Position numbers and translations under genes: made by a program. Source: Fimbriimonadia bacterium (GTDB lineage: Bacteria > Armatimonadota > Fimbriimonadia > Fimbriimonadales > JABRVX01). From it: 64,000 nt of DNA. Every line of letters begins with the position of its first letter. Positions within the stretch are counted from its first letter, which is position 1. The notes beneath the pieces were generated by a model. It made no database searches, had not been told where the DNA came from, and saw only the letters and a program-made list of their open reading frames with translations. The DNA is taken from NCBI GenBank assembly GCA_041483895.1, contig JBGPGO010000008.1, positions 1 to 64,000 of the forward strand, read 5' to 3'. Positions 8,872 through 21,342 of the stretch are shown piece by piece.

Positions 8872-10068
8872 TTGGAACACGTTTGGTTTACCGCCGCCAT
8901 CTGGTTGGCGCTGGCAATCGCAGCCACAATCCTTGCAATCCATCTCCGAATTTCCGTTGCCCTCACGGAAATCGTCGTCGGCACGGTCGCCCAGCTCATA
9001 ATCGGCGCGGCGTTCGGCACAAAATCGCTGGGCGCCGGCGAAAGCTGGGTGACGTTCCTGGCCGGGACCGGCGCTATCATGCTCACCTTCCTAGCGGGGG
9101 CGGAACTGGATCCGAAATCGTTCCGCAAAGGCTTTTGGGGTGCCATGTCCGTCGGCCTGGTTTCTTTTGCCGCTCCATTTCTGTTCGCCACGGCGGTCGC
9201 GTTTTGGCTGCTCCATTGGGACGTTCGCGCCTCGTGGCTTTGCGGCATCGCGCTGTCCACGACCTCTGTGGCGGTGGTATACGCCGTCATGCTGGAGCTT
9301 GGCCTCAACCGAACCCAATTCGGCAAGGCCATTCTCGCCGCCTGTTTCATCACCGATCTCGGCACTGTTCTCGCGCTCGGCTTCATCTTTGCGCCGTTTA
9401 CGATGCGCACCTTGTGGTTTGCGATCGGGATGTTGGTCGGCATTTTCGTATTGCTTGGCGCGACGAAGCCGTTCTTTCGGCGCTATGGCAAACGGCCAAG
9501 TGAATTGGAGGCGAAGTTCCTGTTGCTCGCTCTCTTTGGTCTCGGAGGTCTCGCTGTTTGGGCGGGGTCCGAGGCGGTGTTGCCGGCATATCTGATTGGG
9601 ATGGTATTGGCCGGAACGGTTGGCAAGGATCACGCCTTGGTCCGCCGCCTGCGCACACTGACGTTTGGGTTGCTGACGCCGTTCTACTTCATTCGGGCGG
9701 GCTCGCTGGTCCAGTTGGGGGTGGTCGGTAGCGCGTTCGGCGTCTTCTTGGCGCTTTTTGGCGCGAAGATGATCGCAAAAATCGGTGGTGTGTTTCCGAT
9801 TTCGCTCCGGTTGGGGCACAGTGCTCGCAACGCGGCGTACGTAACGTTGCTCATGTCCACCGGCCTCACTTTCGGAACAATCTCGGCGTTGTATGGCCTG
9901 TCGCACGCCATCATCACGCAGGCACAGTATTCGCTGCTTGTCGCCACCGTAATTGGCAGCGCCGTAATACCGACCTGGATCGCCAACCGCTTCTTCTTGC
10001 CGCACGAACACCTTCCACCTTCTCCGGGAGCGGAAGAGGCGTTGGCATTCGCGACCGAGGACGACTGA
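8872..10068 (+). CDS. Cation:proton antiporter (CPA2 / Na+/H+ exchanger family)
   Basis: Many TM segments; FLAGAELD, STTSVAVV, PFYFIRAG; TTG start after AGGAGG. Confidence 0.9.
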   Translation: MEHVWFTAAIWLALAIAATILAIHLRISVALTEIVVGTVAQLIIGAAFGTKSLGAGESWVTFLAGTGAIMLTFLAGAELDPKSFRKGFWGAMSVGLVSFAAPFLFATAVAFWLLHWDVRASWLCGIALSTTSVAVVYAVMLELGLNRTQFGKAILAACFITDLGTVLALGFIFAPFTMRTLWFAIGMLVGIFVLLGATKPFFRRYGKRPSELEAKFLLLALFGLGGLAVWAGSEAVLPAYLIGMVLAGTVGKDHALVRRLRTLTFGLLTPFYFIRAGSLVQLGVVGSAFGVFLALFGAKMIAKIGGVFPISLRLGHSARNAAYVTLLMSTGLTFGTISALYGLSHAIITQAQYSLLVATVIGSAVIPTWIANRFFLPHEHLPPSPGAEEALAFATEDD

Positions 10069-10356
10069 CACCATTGGCGCCATAAACCGACCTATGCGGC
10101 CATCGTGGAGCTGGCGCGCAAGGAGGGGCTGGCCGGGGCGACGGTGACGCGCGGCATCATGGGCTTCGGCGGCAACAGCCGCATCCACACCGCCTCCATC
10201 TTGCGCCTGTCCGAGGACCTGCCGGTCACGATCCGGATCGTGGACACCCCCGACCGCATCGACGCCTTCCTGCCCCTGCTGGAGGAGATGATCCAAGGCG
10301 GGACGGTGATCACGCAGGATGTGCTGATTGAGAAATACGTGCACAACGGGGAGTAG
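10069..10356 (+). pseudogene. DUF190 (PII-like) protein lacking its own N-terminus
   Basis: HKPTYAAIVELARKEGLAGATVTRGIMGFG...LSEDLP; homology starts immediately after the antiporter TGA, in the same frame. Confidence 0.75.
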
Positions 10357-10365
10357 ACGACAAAC

Positions 10366-10431
10366 CGATGTGTTGGGGTCTTGGGTCACTGCACAAGGAA
10401 GGTATCGGTGGCAGTGAACCCCAACACATCG
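10366..10431. repeat. REP/MITE-like palindrome, family B
   Basis: CGATGTGTTGGGG...CCCCAACACATCG terminal inverted repeats. Confidence 0.8.
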
Positions 10432-10460
10432 AAGCTGCAACCTAATTTTCCACACTCTTC

Positions 10461-10490
10461 TTGACAAAACTATTACCAGTAAGGCATAAT
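10461..10490 (+). promoter_or_regulatory. sigma70 promoter of the str operon leader
   Basis: TTGACA-N18-CATAAT. Confidence 0.75.
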
Positions 10491-10493
10491 TGG

Positions 10494-10666
10494 CGCGCTC
10501 TGGGACCGAAAGGTCCGTGGAGCGTACAACCCGTGCCGTTAGGAAGGGGGCGTAGCCAGGGCCGAGGGAAGATCCCGACGCCAAACCGATAACGCCAGTT
10601 CGTAAGAATTGTAAGCCGTTTTGGTATGACTATGTGGCCCTCCGCGCGTACGGTGAGGGCTTTTTT
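10494..10666 (+). ncRNA. Putative structured leader or sRNA upstream of rpsL
   Basis: GNRA hairpins (GGACC-GAAA-GGTCC, CAGTTC-GTAA-GAATTG) and a terminal hairpin with T6. Confidence 0.55.
10637..10666 (+). terminator. Intrinsic terminator/attenuator before rpsL
   Basis: GCCCTC...GAGGGC followed by TTTTTT. Confidence 0.7.
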
Positions 10667-10684
10667 GGTGTCTGGACGAGGAAT

Positions 10685-10750
10685 CCCTCAACAGGTCCTC
10701 CTGTTGAGGGTCTAAGGCGCCGCGCCCTCAACAGGAGGACCTGTTGAGGG
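10685..10750. repeat. Inverted doublet of family C palindromes
   Basis: CCCTCAACAG-GTCCTC-CTGTTGAGGG and its exact reverse complement 14 nt downstream. Confidence 0.85.
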
Positions 10751-10773
10751 ATGCTGTGCTAGGAAGTGAAAGT

Positions 10774-11148
10774 ATGCCAACGGTAAACCAGTTAGTACGC
10801 AAAGGGCGAAGCACGCCCAAGAAGAAGGGCAAGTCGCCGGCGCTGCAGGAAAATCCCCAGCGGCGAGGCGTCTGCACGCTCGTCCGTACCGTGACGCCCA
10901 AGAAACCGAATTCCGCCCTCCGAAAGGTGGCCCGCGTCCGTCTCACCAACGGCATCGAGGTCACGGCGTATATTCCCGGCATCGGTCACAACCTCCAGGA
11001 GCACAGCGTCGTCCTGGTCCGAGGCGGGCGCGTGCCCGACCTGCCCGGTGTGCGATATCACATCATCCGCGGGACCCAGCAGACCGCAGGGGCCGCCAAC
11101 CGCAAGCAGGGACGTTCGAAGTACGGGGCCAAGAGGCCGAAGGCCTAG
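10774..11148 (+). CDS. rpsL: 30S ribosomal protein S12
   Basis: [19 protein letters not shown]. Confidence 0.99.
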   Translation: MPTVNQLVRKGRSTPKKKGKSPALQENPQRRGVCTLVRTVTPKKPNSALRKVARVRLTNGIEVTAYIPGIGHNLQEHSVVLVRGGRVPDLPGVRYHIIRGTQQTAGAANRKQGRSKYGAKRPKA

Positions 11149-11158
11149 GGGGTAAAGA

Positions 11159-11629
11159 ATGCCACGAAGATCCGCACCAAAGCTTATTCCGATCCGACCC
11201 GATGCGATCTACGGGAACGAGATGATCCAACGGCTCATCAACCGGGTTATGCTCAACGGCAAGAAGACCGCCGCCGAGAAGATCGTTTACGGCGCGCTGG
11301 AAACGCTGGAAAAGAAGCTGGACAAGCCGGCTCTCGAAGTGTTCGAGAAGGCCATCGCGAACGTGACGCCGCAGGTCGAGGTCCGATCCCGGCGTGTCGG
11401 CGGCCAGACCTATCAGGTTCCGGTCGAAGTCTATTCGCGCCGTAAGCGGTCTCTCAGCCTACGGTGGATCGTGACGTTGTCCCGGAAGCGCACCGGCAAG
11501 AGCATGTCGGAAAAGTTGGCGGGAGAGCTGATGGACGCTTTCAACAATACCGGCCCGGCCGTAAAGAAAAAGGAGGATACCCACCGAATGGCGGACGCGA
11601 ACAAAGCGTTTGCCCATTATAAGTGGTAG
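11159..11629 (+). CDS. rpsG: 30S ribosomal protein S7
   Basis: [22 protein letters not shown]. Confidence 0.99.
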   Translation: MPRRSAPKLIPIRPDAIYGNEMIQRLINRVMLNGKKTAAEKIVYGALETLEKKLDKPALEVFEKAIANVTPQVEVRSRRVGGQTYQVPVEVYSRRKRSLSLRWIVTLSRKRTGKSMSEKLAGELMDAFNNTGPAVKKKEDTHRMADANKAFAHYKW

Positions 11630-11633
11630 TCCA

Positions 11634-13745
<2,112 letters not shown>

Positions 13746-13784
13746 CGTCGGGCAGCCGACGGCAAACTATGAGGAGACAGACTT

Positions 13785-14990
13785 ATGGCCAGAGCCAAAT
13801 TCGAGCGGACGAAACCGCACATGAATATCGGAACCATCGGGCACGTTGACCATGGCAAGACGACGCTCACAGCCGCCATCACGCGCGTGCTAAGCGATAA
13901 AGGCATGGCCAGCTATCAAAAGTACGATACGATCGATTCAGCGCCGGAAGAGAAAGCGCGCGGAATCACAATCAACATCTACCATGCGGAGTACGAGACG
14001 GAAAATCGCCACTACGCCCACGTGGACTGTCCGGGTCACGCCGACTTCATCAAGAACATGATCACCGGCGCTGCGCAGATGGACGGGGCGATCTTAGTGG
14101 TTTCGGCCGCGGACGGTCCGATGCCGCAGACTCGCGAGCATATTCTGCTCGCTCGCCAGGTCGGCGTTCCGAGCATGGTCGTCTTCCTGAACAAGGTCGA
14201 CATGGTGGACGATCCGGAGCTTCTCGACGTCGTGGAGCTCGAGGTCCGCGAGCTGCTCAGCAAATATGAGTTCGATGGCGACAATATTCCGATCATCCGC
14301 GGAAGCGGTCTAAAAGTGCTGGAAGCGGCGACATTGGATCCCAACGACCCGAATGTCAAGGCGATTCATGAGCTGATGCATGCGGTCGATACCTACATTC
14401 CGGAGCCGGTTCGAGACGTGGACAAGCCGTTCATGATGGCGGTGGAAGACGTCTTCACGATTACGGGTCGCGGCACGGTCGCCACCGGGCGTGTCGAGCG
14501 CGGCCACCTGAAGACCGGCGACGAAGTGGAGATCATCGGTCTGAGCCGAGAAAAGCCGAAGAAGACGGTCTGTACCGGTGTGGAGATGTTCCGCAAGATA
14601 TTGGATCGGGCGCAGGCGGGAGACAACGTTGGCCTGCTTTTGCGTGGTATCGACCGCAAAGAGATCCTGCGAGGCATGGTCATCGCCAAGCCGGGGTCTA
14701 TCACCCCGCACACGAAATTCGACGGTGAGGTCTACGTTCTGACAAAGGACGAGGGCGGACGTCATACTCCGTTCGTTACCGGATACCGCCCGCAGTTCTA
14801 TTTCCGAACGACGGACGTGACCGGCAGCCTCTCGTTACCGACCGGCGTGGAGATGGTTATGCCGGGAGACAGCATCACGATGACAGTGGAGCTGATCGAG
14901 CCGATTGCCATGGAACAGGGTTCCCGGTTCGCGATCCGCGAAGGCGGCCGAACCGTCGGAGCGGGCGTCATCACAAAGATTCACGAGTAG
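13785..14990 (+). CDS. tuf: Elongation factor Tu
   Basis: [27 protein letters not shown]. Confidence 0.99.
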   Translation: MARAKFERTKPHMNIGTIGHVDHGKTTLTAAITRVLSDKGMASYQKYDTIDSAPEEKARGITINIYHAEYETENRHYAHVDCPGHADFIKNMITGAAQMDGAILVVSAADGPMPQTREHILLARQVGVPSMVVFLNKVDMVDDPELLDVVELEVRELLSKYEFDGDNIPIIRGSGLKVLEAATLDPNDPNVKAIHELMHAVDTYIPEPVRDVDKPFMMAVEDVFTITGRGTVATGRVERGHLKTGDEVEIIGLSREKPKKTVCTGVEMFRKILDRAQAGDNVGLLLRGIDRKEILRGMVIAKPGSITPHTKFDGEVYVLTKDEGGRHTPFVTGYRPQFYFRTTDVTGSLSLPTGVEMVMPGDSITMTVELIEPIAMEQGSRFAIREGGRTVGAGVITKIHE

Positions 14991-14997
14991 GAGAGTT

Positions 14998-15023
14998 GGG
15001 GGCCGTTGAATTCAGCGGCCCCC
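14998..15023 (+). other. Stable hairpin between tuf and rpsJ
   Basis: GGGGGCCGTTG-AATT-CAGCGGCCCCC, no U-tract. Confidence 0.6.
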
Positions 15024-15033
15024 TAAATATTGC

Positions 15034-15342
15034 ATGCGAAGAGACAAAGTAAGAATAAAACTTAAGGCATACGATCACCGCGTGCTGGACCAGTCGGTAG
15101 AAAAGATTGCCGACACGGCTCGCAGAACCGGCGTTCGGGTTGCGGGACCGATCCCGCTGCCCACGAACATCCGCAAGTTCTGCGTGATCCGAGGTCCGCA
15201 CATCGATAAAGAGTCGATGGAGCATTTCGAGATCCGTACGCACAAGCGTTTGATCGATATTCTCGAACCGACGAACAAGACCATCGACGCTCTGATGCGG
15301 TTGGATCTGCCGAGCGGCGTTGACATCGAAATAAAGAGCTGA
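15034..15342 (+). CDS. rpsJ: 30S ribosomal protein S10
   Basis: [16 protein letters not shown]. Confidence 0.99.
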   Translation: MRRDKVRIKLKAYDHRVLDQSVEKIADTARRTGVRVAGPIPLPTNIRKFCVIRGPHIDKESMEHFEIRTHKRLIDILEPTNKTIDALMRLDLPSGVDIEIKS

Positions 15343-15475
15343 GTTGCGACTCGGTCGGGAGACCGGTCGCATCGCCAGATTGCCTCACAGCGAGGCGGTT
15401 TCGCGACCCTGAACCATGAGGGGCGACGCGAAAGAGACTGCCGAAAGCGGACGAGGCGGAAAGGTTGGAAGCCCT

Positions 15476-16102
15476 ATGCTGCCAGGAATTCTGGGGCGAA
15501 AAGTGGGAATGACGCATATCTTTGACGACACGGGAATCATGATTCCGGTGAGCGTCATCCAAGCGGGTCCGGTCTTTGTTACACAAATCAAAGCGCCGGA
15601 AAAGGACGGCTACAGCGCGGTCCAGGTCGGGTTCGAGGCCTTGCCGAAGCGCAAGATCAATCGGCCCCAGCATGGACATTTTCGGAACGCGGGCGTTGAG
15701 CCGACCCGATTTCTCCGCGAGTTCCGGGTGGATGACGCGTCGTCGATCACGGTCGGCCAGTCGTTTAGCGTCGAGCTTTTCTCGCCCGGCGACCGGATTG
15801 TGGTCAGCGGGACCAGCAAGGGGAAGGGGTTTGCCGGCGGCATGAAGCGGCACCACTTCCACGGCCAGACGATGACCCACGGCTTTATGACCCACAGGCG
15901 GCCTTGTTCGGTCGGTGCGACGGGCCCGGCCAGAGTTTTCAAGGGCCATAAGGGACCCGGTCACATGGGAGACGAGCGCGTCAGCCAGAGCGGCCTCAAG
16001 ATTGTGGCCGTTGATGTTGAGAAGAACCTGCTTCTCGTAAGCGGTTCCATCCCCGGCGCACCCGGCGGCTTGGTGGAAGTTCGCAAGGATAGGAAAGGTT
16101 AG
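15476..16102 (+). CDS. rplC: 50S ribosomal protein L3
   Basis: GILGRKVGMT, SKGKGFAG; start moved to ATG 15476. Confidence 0.98.
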   Translation: MLPGILGRKVGMTHIFDDTGIMIPVSVIQAGPVFVTQIKAPEKDGYSAVQVGFEALPKRKINRPQHGHFRNAGVEPTRFLREFRVDDASSITVGQSFSVELFSPGDRIVVSGTSKGKGFAGGMKRHHFHGQTMTHGFMTHRRPCSVGATGPARVFKGHKGPGHMGDERVSQSGLKIVAVDVEKNLLLVSGSIPGAPGGLVEVRKDRKG

Positions 16103-16104
16103 CC

Positions 16105-16782
16105 ATGCCAACCGTCAAGATTTATGACAAGAAGGGCAAAGAATCGGGCGAATTGAAGCTTCCCGACGCGATGTACGGCAATGCCGAGACCCGATCGCGC
16201 GACGTCGAGGGCGAAACGGTCGACGTTCAGCGGAACCTGGTCGCCAATCTGCATCAGGCCGTCCTGGCCGAGCAGGCGAACGAGCGCCAAGGGACTCATT
16301 CCACCAGAACGCGCGGAATGGTTCGTGGCGGTGGGCGGAAGCCGTTCAAGCAGAAGAAGCTGGGTCGGGCTCGGCAGGGAACCATTCGGGCGCCGCATTG
16401 GAAGGGCGGCGGTGTCGTGTTCGGTCCGTCGCCGCGCTCACACGAACAGAAGATGAACCGTCGGTCAAGGCGACTCGCGATCCAGTCTGCGCTCGGCTAC
16501 AAGATTGCTTCTGACATGGTGGTCGCCATCGACGGTGTAAACTTCGAGCGTTTCAAGACCAAGGATGCGTTAGAATTCCTCAAGCAGTATGGAGGGGATG
16601 GCCCACGGACGCTCGTCATCCTTGGAGAGCACAATCCGTTCGCGGTGCGGAGCTTCCGCAATCTGCCCGACGTCGAGTTGCGGACCGCGCCGGACTTTTC
16701 CGCCCGGGACATCATGGTGGCACGCCGCATCATCATGGATAAGTCGGCCTTTCAAATTGTAGAGGAGCTCTGGTCGAAATGA
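16105..16782 (+). CDS. rplD: 50S ribosomal protein L4
   Basis: RQGTHSTRTR, GGGVVFGP. Confidence 0.98.
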   Translation: MPTVKIYDKKGKESGELKLPDAMYGNAETRSRDVEGETVDVQRNLVANLHQAVLAEQANERQGTHSTRTRGMVRGGGRKPFKQKKLGRARQGTIRAPHWKGGGVVFGPSPRSHEQKMNRRSRRLAIQSALGYKIASDMVVAIDGVNFERFKTKDALEFLKQYGGDGPRTLVILGEHNPFAVRSFRNLPDVELRTAPDFSARDIMVARRIIMDKSAFQIVEELWSK

Positions 16783-17090
16783 AAAGTCCCTACGAAATTC
16801 TGCTGATCCCGCGGATTACGGAGCGCACTTTGCGACTGGTTGAGGGCGGCCAATATACGTTCATCGTCGCGGACGATGCCAATAAAATCGATATCGCCCG
16901 CGCGGTTGAGGAGCATTACAACTCCGGCAAGTCGAAGGACAAGATCAAGGTCGTTGGCGTGAATACCATCAACGTGCGCGGCAAGATAAAGAGCCGGATG
17001 CGGTTCAAGAAGCCGGGCCGCACCCCCAAATTCAAGAAAGCGATCATCCGGCTGGCACCAGGTCAGACCCTGCCGGATTTTGGAGTTTAG
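16779..17090 (+). CDS. rplW: 50S ribosomal protein L23
   Basis: ANKIDI, KKAIIRL; gene order. Confidence 0.97.
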   Translation: MKSPYEILLIPRITERTLRLVEGGQYTFIVADDANKIDIARAVEEHYNSGKSKDKIKVVGVNTINVRGKIKSRMRFKKPGRTPKFKKAIIRLAPGQTLPDFGV

Positions 17091-17092
17091 CT

Positions 17093-17926
17093 ATGGCAAT
17101 GAAGAAACACAAGCCGACGTCGCCCGGTCGCCGTTTTTTGATAACGGTTTCGAACGACGACATCACGAAGAGCGATCCGGAAAAGAGCCTGACCATCAGC
17201 AAGAAGCGGACCGGCGGGCGCAACAATACCGGCCGCGTCACTTCGCGATTCCGGGGCGGCGGCAACAAGCGGCTCTATCGAATCATAGATTTCAAGCGAG
17301 ACAAAGTTGGCGTCCCCGGCAAAGTGGCCGCAATTGAATACGATCCGAATCGAACGTGCCGCATCGCCCTAATTCACTATCGAGATGGCGAGAAGCGATA
17401 CATTCTGGCGCCCAAGGGTCTTGCGGTCGACGCCATGATCATGGCTGGACCCGAGTCGGACATTCAGCCCGGCAACGCGCTGGCGCTTCGCGACATCCCG
17501 CTCGGTACGCTGGTGCACAACATAGAATTGACGCCTGGCAGAGGCGGGCAGATCGTCCGCTCCGCCGGCGGGTCGGCGCAGATCATGGCGAAAGAGGGCG
17601 ACTATGTGACGCTGCGATTGCCATCCACCGAGATGCGGCGCGTGTTCCATACATGCATCGCGACGGTGGGCGAAGTCGGAAATGCGGACCATGAGAACGT
17701 TTCGTACGGCAAGGCCGGCCGCATCCGCGCGAAAGGTAAGAAGCCGCACGTGCGCGGCGTCGTTATGAGCCCTCGTGACCATCCGCATGGTGGTGGCGAA
17801 GCCAAGTCGCCGGTCGGACGGAAGAAGGGCCCGGTAGACCGCTGGGGCAACTCGTCTCGCGGCAAACTCACCCGTTCGAACAAGCGGACCGACAAGTTTA
17901 TCGTTCGCCGAAGGAGCAGCAAGTAA
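17093..17926 (+). CDS. rplB: 50S ribosomal protein L2
   Basis: [15 protein letters not shown]. Confidence 0.99.
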   Translation: MAMKKHKPTSPGRRFLITVSNDDITKSDPEKSLTISKKRTGGRNNTGRVTSRFRGGGNKRLYRIIDFKRDKVGVPGKVAAIEYDPNRTCRIALIHYRDGEKRYILAPKGLAVDAMIMAGPESDIQPGNALALRDIPLGTLVHNIELTPGRGGQIVRSAGGSAQIMAKEGDYVTLRLPSTEMRRVFHTCIATVGEVGNADHENVSYGKAGRIRAKGKKPHVRGVVMSPRDHPHGGGEAKSPVGRKKGPVDRWGNSSRGKLTRSNKRTDKFIVRRRSSK

Positions 17927-18207
17927 TGCCTCGATCACTGCACAAGGGTCCGTTTATCGACGCTCATCTGGAGAAGAAAGTGGACGCCATGAACTCCAGG
18001 AACGAGAAGAGGATCATCAAGACCTGGTCGCGTCGGAGCACGATCCTGCCGTCGATGATCGGGCACACGTTCGCGGTTCATGACGGCCGCAAACATATCC
18101 CCGTTTTTGTGACGGAGAACATGGTCGGGCACAAGCTGGGTGAGTTTGCGACGACCCGCACATTCCGAGGCCATGCCGGTCAAGAAAAGACTTCGAGGGT
18201 TAGATAA
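17926..18207 (+). CDS. rpsS: 30S ribosomal protein S19
   Basis: KTWSRRS, GHKLGEF. Confidence 0.99.
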   Translation: MPRSLHKGPFIDAHLEKKVDAMNSRNEKRIIKTWSRRSTILPSMIGHTFAVHDGRKHIPVFVTENMVGHKLGEFATTRTFRGHAGQEKTSRVR

Positions 18208-18209
18208 AG

Positions 18210-18791
18210 ATGGAAGTACGAGCAAGCGTAAAGATGCAGCGCGTTCCGCCGAGAAAGGCTCGGTTTGTGATCGACCAGGTTCGGGGCATGCGGGCGATCG
18301 CGGCGATGAACATGCTGACTCACGTGCCGAACAAAGCGGCGGAGATCGTGAAGAAGCTGATCAAATCGGCGATGGCCAACGCCGTCGAGAATCACAACCT
18401 CAATGAGGAGGACCTCGTGGTCACCGAAATCTACGCCGACGGGGGACCGACGCTGAAGCGTATCAAGCCGCGCGCGATGGGCCGGGCCAACAGAATTCTA
18501 AAGCGCACGAGCCACATTGGGTTGATCGTCGAGGACATTCCGGAGGTTGCGAAGCCGAAGCAGCCCGCCCGCAAGAAGCCGGCCAAACTGGAACCGATCA
18601 AGGTGGCGGCTGTGGCTGCGCCCGTCGTTGAGGAAGCGCCTGCGGTCGAAGAGGCAACGGCCGTCGAGGAAGCTCCGGTGGAAGCCGTGGCAGAGGAAGC
18701 GACGGAACCGGCAGCGGAGGCAGTTGAGGAGCCGAAGCAGGAAGAGGCCGAAACACCCGCCGCCGAAGGCGAAGAGGTCAAAGAGGAGTAA
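18210..18791 (+). CDS. rplV: 50S ribosomal protein L22 with acidic C-terminal extension
   Basis: PRAMGRA..KRTSHI followed by a ~80-aa A/E/P-rich tail. Confidence 0.97.
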   Translation: MEVRASVKMQRVPPRKARFVIDQVRGMRAIAAMNMLTHVPNKAAEIVKKLIKSAMANAVENHNLNEEDLVVTEIYADGGPTLKRIKPRAMGRANRILKRTSHIGLIVEDIPEVAKPKQPARKKPAKLEPIKVAAVAAPVVEEAPAVEEATAVEEAPVEAVAEEATEPAAEAVEEPKQEEAETPAAEGEEVKEE

Positions 18792-18794
18792 CGC

Positions 18795-19562
18795 ATGGGT
18801 CAAAAAGTAAACCCGATTGGATTTCGGCTAGGGGTCAACCGGACCTGGGACAGCAAATGGTTCTTCAATAAGAAGATCTATCCCGAGATGGTCATGGAAG
18901 ATTTCAACATTCGGAAGCTTCTCAAGACAAAGTGGGCGAACGCCTCCATATCCCGCGTGGAAATCGAGCGTCCGGCCGATCTGGTAAAGGTCACGATTTA
19001 CACCGCGCGACCTGGCGCAATCATCGGCCGCGGCGGCAAGGGCATCGAAGAAATCACGCATACAATCGAGCGCATGGTGCACAAGCGGCACAAAGAGGCG
19101 CGCGTGTATGTGAATGTCAATGAGGTCCGGCAGCCGGAACTGGATGCCCAACTGGTGGCAGAGGGAGTGGCGCAGCAGATCGAGCGACGCGTCTCCCACC
19201 GGCGCGCAATGCGGCAGGCCGTTTTGAGGGCGAGTCGCCTGAACGTCAAGGGCCTCAAGATCATCTGTGCCGGGCGCCTCGGCGGATCGGAAATGGCCCG
19301 CCGGGAGACCGAGAAGCATGGCAAGGTGCCGCTTCATACCCTGCGGGCGGATATTGATTACGGGTTGGCGGTCGCCCGGACGATCTACGGAGCGATAGGG
19401 GTACGAGTTTGGATTTACAAAGGGGAAGTGCTGCCCGAGAAGTCCCGGCGTAAGGACGAATATATCGACGCTCCAGGGCACGGTTCGCAGGACCGGGAGC
19501 GCAGGGCAACGCGTCGTCCTCGAAAGCAGGCGGCCGCGCCAACACCAGAGGCAGGAGAATAA
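18795..19562 (+). CDS. rpsC: 30S ribosomal protein S3
   Basis: [24 protein letters not shown]. Confidence 0.99.
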   Translation: MGQKVNPIGFRLGVNRTWDSKWFFNKKIYPEMVMEDFNIRKLLKTKWANASISRVEIERPADLVKVTIYTARPGAIIGRGGKGIEEITHTIERMVHKRHKEARVYVNVNEVRQPELDAQLVAEGVAQQIERRVSHRRAMRQAVLRASRLNVKGLKIICAGRLGGSEMARRETEKHGKVPLHTLRADIDYGLAVARTIYGAIGVRVWIYKGEVLPEKSRRKDEYIDAPGHGSQDRERRATRRPRKQAAAPTPEAGE

Positions 19563-19566
19563 CGCT

Positions 19567-20145
19567 ATGTTGATGCCAAAGCGTGTCAAATACAGGAAGG
19601 TGCACCGGGGCAGGCGCACGGGCAAAGCGACCGGGAGCTACAAGATCGATTTCGGCGAATTTGGCCTGCAGGCGATGGGCGCGTGCTGGCTGACCAATCG
19701 GCAAATTGAGGCCAGCCGAATTGCCATGACCCGCTACATCCGGCGCGGTGGAAAGGTGTGGATTCGGGTCTTCCCGGACAAGCCGTACACCAAAAAGCCC
19801 GCGGAGACCCGGATGGGATCCGGCAAAGGCAATCCCGAGGGATGGGTGGCGGTTGTGAAGCCGGGCCGCATCCTATTCGAGATGTCCGGGGTGCCGGAAG
19901 TCACGGCCAGAGAAGCGATCCGGCGGGCTATTCACAAGCTGCCGATTCGGGCGCGATTTGTCACTCGCCGCGACTTCGCCAAGCTCTACGAAGAGATGGG
20001 CGGCGAACCCGAACTCATTATGCCGAAAGAGGGCGAAGAGATGGACACTGAGATCCATCTGGAAGCCGGCGAGCACGATACGGTGGCAGTTGCCGCGCCG
20101 ACCGAAGAAAAAGTGCCGCCGCCGGAGGCCGGGGGGGAAGCATGA
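19567..20145 (+). CDS. rplP: 50S ribosomal protein L16 with acidic C-terminal extension
   Basis: [16 protein letters not shown]. Confidence 0.98.
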   Translation: MLMPKRVKYRKVHRGRRTGKATGSYKIDFGEFGLQAMGACWLTNRQIEASRIAMTRYIRRGGKVWIRVFPDKPYTKKPAETRMGSGKGNPEGWVAVVKPGRILFEMSGVPEVTAREAIRRAIHKLPIRARFVTRRDFAKLYEEMGGEPELIMPKEGEEMDTEIHLEAGEHDTVAVAAPTEEKVPPPEAGGEA

Positions 20146-20351
20146 AGGGCATGAAACCAAGCGAATTGCGTGACAAGAACATCGAAGATCTTGCGGAGGA
20201 GCTGGCGAAGGAGCGCGAGGCGCTGTACAACGTGCGCCGACAGATTATCTTCGGCCAGGTAAAGGACGTGATGAGCGTTCGTGGGCACCGCAAGAACATC
20301 GCGAAGCTGATGACCGTGATAACGCAAAAGCAGAGGGAGGACGCACAGTGA
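20142..20351 (+). CDS. rpmC: 50S ribosomal protein L29
   Basis: [14 protein letters not shown]; gene order. Confidence 0.95.
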   Translation: MKGMKPSELRDKNIEDLAEELAKEREALYNVRRQIIFGQVKDVMSVRGHRKNIAKLMTVITQKQREDAQ

Positions 20352-20617
20352 GCGAAGCCGCAACCGAACAACGAGGGCAGCGCAAGGTCCGCGAGGGCTA
20401 CGTGGTGAGCAACAAGATGGATAAGACGGTCGTTGTGACGATCGAGCGCCGTATTCGACACCCTCTGTACCACAAGATCATACGGCAGACAAAGCGATAC
20501 AAGGCTCGTGACGAGCAGTCCTGCGACGTGGGCGATCACGTGGAGATCACTGAATGCCGCCCACTCAGCAAAGAGGTCCGTTGGCGCATCAGCCGGATCA
20601 TTGAAAAGGTGAAGTAA
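20348..20617 (+). CDS. rpsQ: 30S ribosomal protein S17
   Basis: [19 protein letters not shown] start. Confidence 0.98.
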   Translation: MSEAATEQRGQRKVREGYVVSNKMDKTVVVTIERRIRHPLYHKIIRQTKRYKARDEQSCDVGDHVEITECRPLSKEVRWRISRIIEKVK

Positions 20618-20986
20618 TTGGTTCAGCAATACTCAAGACTTAAGGTGGCGGACAATAGCGGAGCGCGCGAGCTGATGTGCATCCGAGTCCTAAAGGGTTC
20701 GCAACCGAAATATGGCGGCATTGGAGACATTATCGTCGGAGCGGTCAAAACGGCGACGCCGAACATGCCGGTGAAAAAAGGCAACGTCGTCAAGGCGGTT
20801 GTCGTTCGCACGCGATTCGCGCAGCGCCGGTCAGACGGCTCAACAGTGAGGTTCGATGATAACGCCTGCGTTTTGATCGATGCGGCGAAGGAACCCAGAG
20901 GCACGCGCATCTTCGGCCCGGTCGCCCGCGAGCTGCGGGACAAAGGGTTTATGAAGATCGTATCCCTCGCGCCGGAGGTGTTGTAA
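20618..20986 (+). CDS. rplN: 50S ribosomal protein L14
   Basis: [21 protein letters not shown] start. Confidence 0.99.
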   Translation: MVQQYSRLKVADNSGARELMCIRVLKGSQPKYGGIGDIIVGAVKTATPNMPVKKGNVVKAVVVRTRFAQRRSDGSTVRFDDNACVLIDAAKEPRGTRIFGPVARELRDKGFMKIVSLAPEVL

Positions 20987-21342
20987 TGGATAAGAAGCGG
21001 CCTACACAGCCTTTGGGCAAGATGAAGGTGCGGACCGGCGATATCGTGATCGTGATCGCCGGGAAAGATAAGGGTCAGCATGGCAAGGTGACGACGGTGA
21101 ACCGGGTCAGCCGGCGCATCACGATCGAAGGCGTCAACATGGGCACGAAGCATGTGAAGCCCATACAATCGGCAAGCATGAATCGGCCGGGAGACAGAGT
21201 GCAGCGCGCGATGCCGCTGCATATTTCCAACGTCATGCTCGCTGATCCGAAAACGGGAAAACCGACGCGAATCGGCCGCAAAGAGATCGATGGCAAGATG
21301 GTCCGCTACGCGAAGGATTCCGGGGAGCAACTGGAGAGCTAA
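20986..21342 (+). CDS. rplX: 50S ribosomal protein L24
   Basis: GD.V.VIAGKDKG, HISNV. Confidence 0.98.
   Translation: MDKKRPTQPLGKMKVRTGDIVIVIAGKDKGQHGKVTTVNRVSRRITIEGVNMGTKHVKPIQSASMNRPGDRVQRAMPLHISNVMLADPKTGKPTRIGRKEIDGKMVRYAKDSGEQLES

Noticed and set aside
10066..10110. Selenocysteine recoding of the antiporter TGA
   Set aside because: No convincing SECIS hairpin follows, and the position is not a known Cys/Sec site in either family.
10540..10585. SRP RNA domain IV
   Set aside because: CCAGGGCCGAGGGAAG only loosely resembles CAGG.CCGGAAGGAAGCAGC; the AGCAG element is missing.
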